A program made the translations under genes and the position numbers. From contig JANLPS010000031.1 in the NCBI GenBank assembly GCA_031367385.1, forward strand, positions 1 to 11,421: a stretch of DNA of 11,421 nucleotides. The letters run 5' to 3'. Under the pieces are notes generated by a model, which saw nothing but the letters and a program-made list of their open reading frames with translations, did not search any database and was not told where the DNA came from. The DNA is from Archangium sp. (GTDB lineage Bacteria > Myxococcota > Myxococcia > Myxococcales > Myxococcaceae). Shown here in pieces: positions 7,289-11,421 of this stretch (positions within the stretch are counted from its first letter, which is position 1; every line of letters starts with the position of its first letter).

Positions 7289-7867
7289 ATGAAGCGCTCA
7301 AAAATTCTGGCTGCTGTCAGTACCGTCATTCTGATGTGTTTTACCGCCTGTGGGAAGCCACCGGCGCCCTGTGAAGCCGATACCCTGCTGACCAAAGCGC
7401 AGATCTGCACCGATCGCGACAGCCTGGGTTTTGCACAAGAATTTCGCAGCGGCACGTTCATCGGGGCCACCGCGTTCGAGAACCTGGCCATTCGCAACGG
7501 CGGCGTCGAGACGCTCAAGCTGAGCGACATCTCGGTCACCGGTGACAGCGCCTTCACCTACATCGCCAGTTGGGACGACAACACCGCCGATGGCAAGATT
7601 CCTCCGACTGACATCGTGGGGGCGAAGACCGCGTTCATCGAAGTGCGCTTCAAACCGACACAGGCCAAGGCGTACACCGCGTCGCTGGTCATCGCGAGCA
7701 GCGCGCAGAACGTGCCGACCAAGACGTTGGCGATTTCAGGCTGCGGCGTGCCGACCGATGGCGGTACCTCGCCGTGCTACTGCAAGCCTGCGGCTGACGC
7801 GTGCACCGTGGCGGGGCAGAGCCAGTGCTGCTCGGGCATGTGCAGCAGCGAAGGCAAGTGCCAGTAA
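7289..7867 (+). CDS. Lipoprotein with a choice-of-anchor D / ASH-like Ig domain and a C-terminal Cys-rich (knottin-like) tail, 192 aa
   Basis: ATG 7289 with GGAGA at 7279-7283. Signal peptide II MKRSKILAAVSTVILMCFTA-C. 'LAIRNGGVETLKLSDISVTGDSAF...IEVRFKPTQAKAYTASLVIASSAQNVPTKTLAISGCG' matches the N.G...L.i..i / v.F.P....y.a.l.i.S....p...l.G.G pattern of these Ig domains. Tail: CYCKPAADACTVAGQSQCCSGMCSSEGKCQ. Confidence 0.82.
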   Translation: MKRSKILAAVSTVILMCFTACGKPPAPCEADTLLTKAQICTDRDSLGFAQEFRSGTFIGATAFENLAIRNGGVETLKLSDISVTGDSAFTYIASWDDNTADGKIPPTDIVGAKTAFIEVRFKPTQAKAYTASLVIASSAQNVPTKTLAISGCGVPTDGGTSPCYCKPAADACTVAGQSQCCSGMCSSEGKCQ

Positions 7868-7879
7868 AGCGCGCTTTCG

Positions 7880-9541
7880 TTACGTGCCCTTTTTGAGCCT
7901 CGTCACCAACCCGCTCGCGACGCGAAACGAGTTGGCGACGATGGTCAGGGTGAAGGGCACGGCGCCGCTGGTCGGCATGAAGCTGCCGTCGACCACGTAG
8001 AGGTTGTTGACCCCGTGCAGCTTGCAGTCTTTGTCGAGCACCGAGCTCGCCGGGTCGGTGCCGAAGCGGCAGGTGCCGCCCTGCAGAATCGTGGTCTCGC
8101 CGGCGGTGCCGATGCGGTCGAGCTTCTCGGGCTTCATCGCCGAGAGCACCTCTTCACCGCGGTCGACCAAGAACTTGGTCATCGTCAGATCCATCGGGTG
8201 GCGCTTGACGGTGATTGAGGCGACCGGCAGCCCGTATTTGTCTTTCACCTTGTCGTCGACCTGCACCTGCGTGTCTGGGTTGGGCAAGAACTCGCCGTAG
8301 ATCTCGAACTCGAGAATCTTGCTGTCACGGTACTCGCGCAGCTTGTCTTTGAGCGCCTTGCCGAACACCCCTTCAGGGCCCTTCTTCGCCATGTTCACCG
8401 CCGCGAAGATCGGGTTCGGGTGCACCCACATGAAGCCCAGCGTGCCGCCTTTGCGAAAGCCGAAGCGGTTGTCGGGCATCATGTAAAACTCTTGCAGGCT
8501 TCGATTGACGAATGGCGCCTCGGTCGAAAGCCACGGGTGCTGCTCTTTCTGCTTCGAGACCCTGAAGGTCGCGCGCGACTGCCCGAAGCTCGAGAAGACC
8601 AGGTTCTTGCCGACGAGCCCATTGTCGTTGCCCAGGCCGTTGGGGTGCTTGCCCGACTTCGAGTTGAGCAGCAGCCGGGCGCTCTCGACCGCGGTCGCGC
8701 TGATGACGATGATCTTCGCCGGCTGTTCGTGCTCGACGCCGTCGCCATCGACGTAGATCACGCTCTTGGCGTTGCCCTTCGCGTCGACGGTCACTTCTTT
8801 GGCCATGCACAGCGGCCGAATCTCGACGTTGCCGGTCTCGACGGCCGCCGGTATCAGCGCCGCCAAGGTGCTCGACTTCGCGCCGTTCTCGCACCCGTAG
8901 CTGCCGCACAACGCGCAGTAGGTACAGCCGCCACGGCCCTTGTACCCAATCGAGGCGATGCCTCGCGCGGTGGGTATCGACTGCCAGCCCAGCGACTTGC
9001 ACGCCTTGTCGATCTCGAACGCGACCGGGTGCTCAGCGAGCGGGGGCAGGGGGTAGTTCTTCTTTCGGGGCTCCAAGAACTTGTGCGGCACCGCGTTGCC
9101 CGACACGCCCAGCTCTTCTTCGGCGCGGTCGTAGAAGGGCTCCAAGTCTTTGTAAGTGATCGGCCAGTCGGCGATGTTCGCGCCGGGTATCGCGCCGATC
9201 TCGCTCTTGAGCCGAAAGTCGACGGGCTTGAGCCGGTAGAAGTAGCCCGACATGTGCACGGTGCCGCCGCCGACGCAGTTCGCCGTCCACGCCTCGTTGG
9301 TCTTGGCGTAGGGCTGGTCGGTGCCTTTGCGCCAGAGGTGCGGCTCGTCCCACGGCAGGGGCATGAAGAAGTTACGCCGCGAGCTCAGAATCTCGTCGTG
9401 AACGAATTCTTCGCGTTTGTACCAGGCGCCCTTTTCGAGCACGACCACCTTGAACCCCGCGCGCCCAAGCTCGAGCGCCATCGGAGACCCACCTGCCCCC
9501 GAGCCCACGATCACCACGTCGACAGCGTCTTTGGCGGCCAT
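7880..9541 (-). CDS. GMC-family FAD oxidoreductase, flavoprotein subunit of a gluconate-2-/glucoside-3-dehydrogenase-like complex, 553 aa
   Basis: ATG 9541, 2 nt after the partner's stop. Rossmann motif DVVIVGSGAGG...VVVLEKG; VGGGTVHMSG (His at the usual covalent-FAD position); DWPITYKDLEPFYDRAEEELGVSG; CTYCALCGSYGC (8891-8926); ESARLLLNS; GTCRFG...SVLD...NLYVVDGSFMPT. No signal peptide of its own. Confidence 0.93.
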   Translation of the reverse strand: MAAKDAVDVVIVGSGAGGSPMALELGRAGFKVVVLEKGAWYKREEFVHDEILSSRRNFFMPLPWDEPHLWRKGTDQPYAKTNEAWTANCVGGGTVHMSGYFYRLKPVDFRLKSEIGAIPGANIADWPITYKDLEPFYDRAEEELGVSGNAVPHKFLEPRKKNYPLPPLAEHPVAFEIDKACKSLGWQSIPTARGIASIGYKGRGGCTYCALCGSYGCENGAKSSTLAALIPAAVETGNVEIRPLCMAKEVTVDAKGNAKSVIYVDGDGVEHEQPAKIIVISATAVESARLLLNSKSGKHPNGLGNDNGLVGKNLVFSSFGQSRATFRVSKQKEQHPWLSTEAPFVNRSLQEFYMMPDNRFGFRKGGTLGFMWVHPNPIFAAVNMAKKGPEGVFGKALKDKLREYRDSKILEFEIYGEFLPNPDTQVQVDDKVKDKYGLPVASITVKRHPMDLTMTKFLVDRGEEVLSAMKPEKLDRIGTAGETTILQGGTCRFGTDPASSVLDKDCKLHGVNNLYVVDGSFMPTSGAVPFTLTIVANSFRVASGLVTRLKKGT

Positions 9542-9543
9542 GA

Positions 9544-10245
9544 TCAGCAGCCCTTTCCGCCGCCGCACTTCATGTCGTGCAGCTTCTTCAGACCGTCGTA
9601 GCCCTCGGCGGGGTCGACCGGCATGTGATCGACCAGCTTGAAGCCCATCACGCCCCAGCCGGCGCGGTTGGTGTTACCGCCGTAGCTCGGGTCGCCCAAA
9701 TAGCCCTCGAGCGTGAGCACCACCAGAATCTCGTAGAACTTGTTCTCGCCAGTGCGCTCGCCGCTGTTCTTGAACGTCGTGAGCACCTCGTCTTGCTGCG
9801 CCGCGGTGGCCTTGATGAAGTCGGTCTTCACCAGCCGCTGCGCGCGTCGATTGAGCGCCAGCACCCCGGGCACGAACTGCTCTTTCATCTGCGTGAGCTG
9901 CGGCGTCTGCAGCACCCGGTCGATGTACTCGGGCACGTTGGTGTCGAGGGCGCCCACGTCTTCGTCTTTCGGCAGAATGCGTTCGGCGGCGGCCGCGACG
10001 ATGGCGAACTCTTCGTTGGTGAACGTCTGGTGCTTGCTCACCAGCGGCGCACCCGGAGGCACCTCGGCGGTCACCGGCGCGACGGCCTTCTTCGGCTCGT
10101 CTTTGCACGCAGAGCCCAGCAGCACCGCGCCGCCTCCCATGAACGAGAGGTGATGCACGAAGACGCGGCGGGTCACGTCGTCATCGAGGGCTTCGGTATC
10201 GCTGGCCGTTTCGGGGGCGACGGGCTCGCTTGAGTCACTCGTCAT
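9544..10245 (-). CDS. Gluconate 2-dehydrogenase subunit 3 family protein, predicted Tat-exported lipoprotein, 233 aa
   Basis: Twin-arginine motif TRRVFV (RR at 10165-10170), then LLGSA-C (Cys47). Family motifs AERILPKDEDVGA...VPEYID, F...TAAQQDEVL and LTLEGYLGDPSYGGNTNRAGW..MGF. It lies directly upstream of the GMC gene. The exact start is less certain because the AGGAG SD lies 14 nt upstream. Confidence 0.9.
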   Translation of the reverse strand: MTSDSSEPVAPETASDTEALDDDVTRRVFVHHLSFMGGGAVLLGSACKDEPKKAVAPVTAEVPPGAPLVSKHQTFTNEEFAIVAAAAERILPKDEDVGALDTNVPEYIDRVLQTPQLTQMKEQFVPGVLALNRRAQRLVKTDFIKATAAQQDEVLTTFKNSGERTGENKFYEILVVLTLEGYLGDPSYGGNTNRAGWGVMGFKLVDHMPVDPAEGYDGLKKLHDMKCGGGKGC

Positions 10246-10305
10246 GGGCGCGCAGCATTCTCCTGGTCGTGGGCGCTCCGCAAGGAAACGTCACTGAGGC
10301 AACAC

Positions 10306-10366
10306 GGTCAGGTACCGACCACACCCACATGCTGGGGTGGTCTGCCCACCACAGGTGGTGGTGACC
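10306..10366. promoter_or_regulatory. Cluster of inverted repeats in the divergent intergenic region
   Basis: GACCAC-A-CCCA (10317-10327) / TGGG-GTGGTC (10333-10342); perfect CCACCAC-AG-GTGGTGG (10346-10361); outer GGTCA (10306-10310) / TGACC (10362-10366). Function not established. Confidence 0.45.
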
Positions 10367-10444
10367 TCAAGCCGCGCGAGACTTCGCCCTCGATTTGGCT
10401 ACGATGGAGGGGAAGGATCTGGCCGGCTTTAGGAACACACCCCC

Positions 10445-11421
10445 ATGATGAAATTCGTGAAGACGTTGTGCGTGCTGCTGCTCGGCTCGTTGCCGTTCGT
10501 GTTCGTCTCGGGCGCGGGCGCGGTCAGCCTGACGGGGTGCTCGGGCGGCGGCGTCGGCGGCGGGTTCGGCGGTGGTGGCGGCCGGCGTGACGGAGGCTCA
10601 GGCGGCGGCACCAGCGCCGGGTTCACGCTCTACGACCTCGACACCGCGGCCCGCGAAGACACCTACTTCGCGATGGCCCTCGACCCCGGCACCGAGCGCA
10701 TCGGCGTCGTCTATTACACCCCCTCCGGCATGGTGAAGGGCGGCGATGGCGGCAGCGACTTCAACTACGACCTCAAGTACGTCGAGTGGAAGAACGGCAC
10801 CGCCAGCGCTCCCGAGAAGCTGCGCTCGGTGCAGCGGTTGATCGGCATCTCGTTGGCGTTCGACCCGAAGACCCATGAGCCCGTCACTGCGTTCTTGGGC
10901 GGAGACCCCGGCTTCATCGAAGGCCGCTCCATCTACTGGTACCAGAACGACACCGCGGTGATGCGCAAGACTGGCGGCACCTGGGTCGAGACCGATGTGG
11001 CGACGCTCTCCGGCGCGCCTCCGTGCAGCAAAATCGACATCGGGTTTCTCGAGGGCCTCTTCTCGACGATCATCTTCGATTCGACCGGCAAGATGTACGT
11101 CGCCTTTCGCGACGGCCACAACGGCGAGTTCCCGATGCAAGACTGGGCGGCGTCTGACGTCGAGCTGATGGAGGGCACCAATGAGGGCTCTCTGACCCGC
11201 CGCTGCCTGACCGGCGACCACAAGCAGGCCTACGGCGGCCGCATTCAGATGGCGATCGGCGCGGGCGACCAACCGGCCATCGTGTATGACCAGGCCTTCG
11301 GTGGTGCCGAGACGACCGGCCAGAACGTGCTCTTTCAACAGCGAAACACCGACGCAACGTGGACGAGCAGCGGCGTGGGCGGGTTCGCGTTGCTGACCAT
11401 CTCGAACACGATGACCGGGGC
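10445..11421 (+). CDS. Hypothetical lipoprotein with a Gly-rich linker and a probable beta-propeller body; 3'-truncated by the window
   Basis: Not in the ORF track because there is no stop in the window. ATGATG at 10445, with AGGA at 10431-10434. Reads MMKFVKTLCVLLLGSLPFVFVSGAGAVSLTG-CSGGGVGGGFGGGGGRRDGGSGGGTSAGFTLYDLD... and stays open to 11421 with strong GC3 bias. Blade-like units: AMALDPGTERIGVVYY, SLAFDPKTHEPVTAF, TIIFDSTGKMYVAF, QMAIGAGDQPAIVY. Confidence 0.85.
   Translation, partial: MMKFVKTLCVLLLGSLPFVFVSGAGAVSLTGCSGGGVGGGFGGGGGRRDGGSGGGTSAGFTLYDLDTAAREDTYFAMALDPGTERIGVVYYTPSGMVKGGDGGSDFNYDLKYVEWKNGTASAPEKLRSVQRLIGISLAFDPKTHEPVTAFLGGDPGFIEGRSIYWYQNDTAVMRKTGGTWVETDVATLSGAPPCSKIDIGFLEGLFSTIIFDSTGKMYVAFRDGHNGEFPMQDWAASDVELMEGTNEGSLTRRCLTGDHKQAYGGRIQMAIGAGDQPAIVYDQAFGGAETTGQNVLFQQRNTDATWTSSGVGGFALLTISNTMTG

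Noticed and set aside
7866..7877. Palindrome AAAGCGCGCTTT as a bidirectional terminator
   Set aside because: It can form only a 4-bp stem with a 4-nt loop and has no real U-tract.
8420..9601. 393-aa plus-strand ORF
   Set aside because: Antisense shadow of the GMC gene with no recognisable protein features.
10404..10448. 14-codon uORF MEGKDLAGFRNTPP* overlapping the 10445 start by ATGA
   Set aside because: The Pro-Pro-stop end and the overlap are suggestive, but there is no SD upstream and ORFs this short arise by chance. It would need Ribo-seq support.
10541..10620. GGC-rich low-complexity tract
   Set aside because: It encodes the Gly-rich linker after the lipobox and is not an independent repeat element.
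10598..11338. 246-aa minus-strand ORF
   Set aside because: Antisense to the plus-strand lipoprotein frame, which has the signal peptide and the expected codon bias.

Overview
GC-rich bacterial DNA, very probably Myxococcota (inferred from the MYXO-CTERM tail and the gene families). Nine genes are supported, and all but the GMC flavoprotein carry their own export or anchoring signal. Bases 1-6755 (+) look like the 3' part of the myxobacterial mts (Myxococcus thrombospondin-like) cell-cohesion/social-motility locus. It comprises the end of a MYXO-CTERM surface protein (mtsC-like), a strong intrinsic terminator, two translationally coupled paralogous lipoproteins with a VWA/MIDAS domain and five DxDxDG Ca2+-binding repeats each (mtsD- and mtsE-like), and a lipoprotein with PPC-like repeats (mtsF-like). 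Next come two small lipoproteins whose divergent start codons are only 25 bp apart; one has a choice-of-anchor-D-type Ig fold and a C-C-CC-C-C knottin-like tail. A minus-strand pair encodes a Tat lipoprotein of the gluconate 2-dehydrogenase subunit 3 family and a GMC flavoprotein whose two usual catalytic residues (His, Asn) appear substituted. After a structured divergent intergenic region, a plus-strand lipoprotein gene missing from the ORF track runs off the window. No RNA genes, mobile elements or CRISPR arrays were seen. All family names come from motif recognition by eye; no database search was run.
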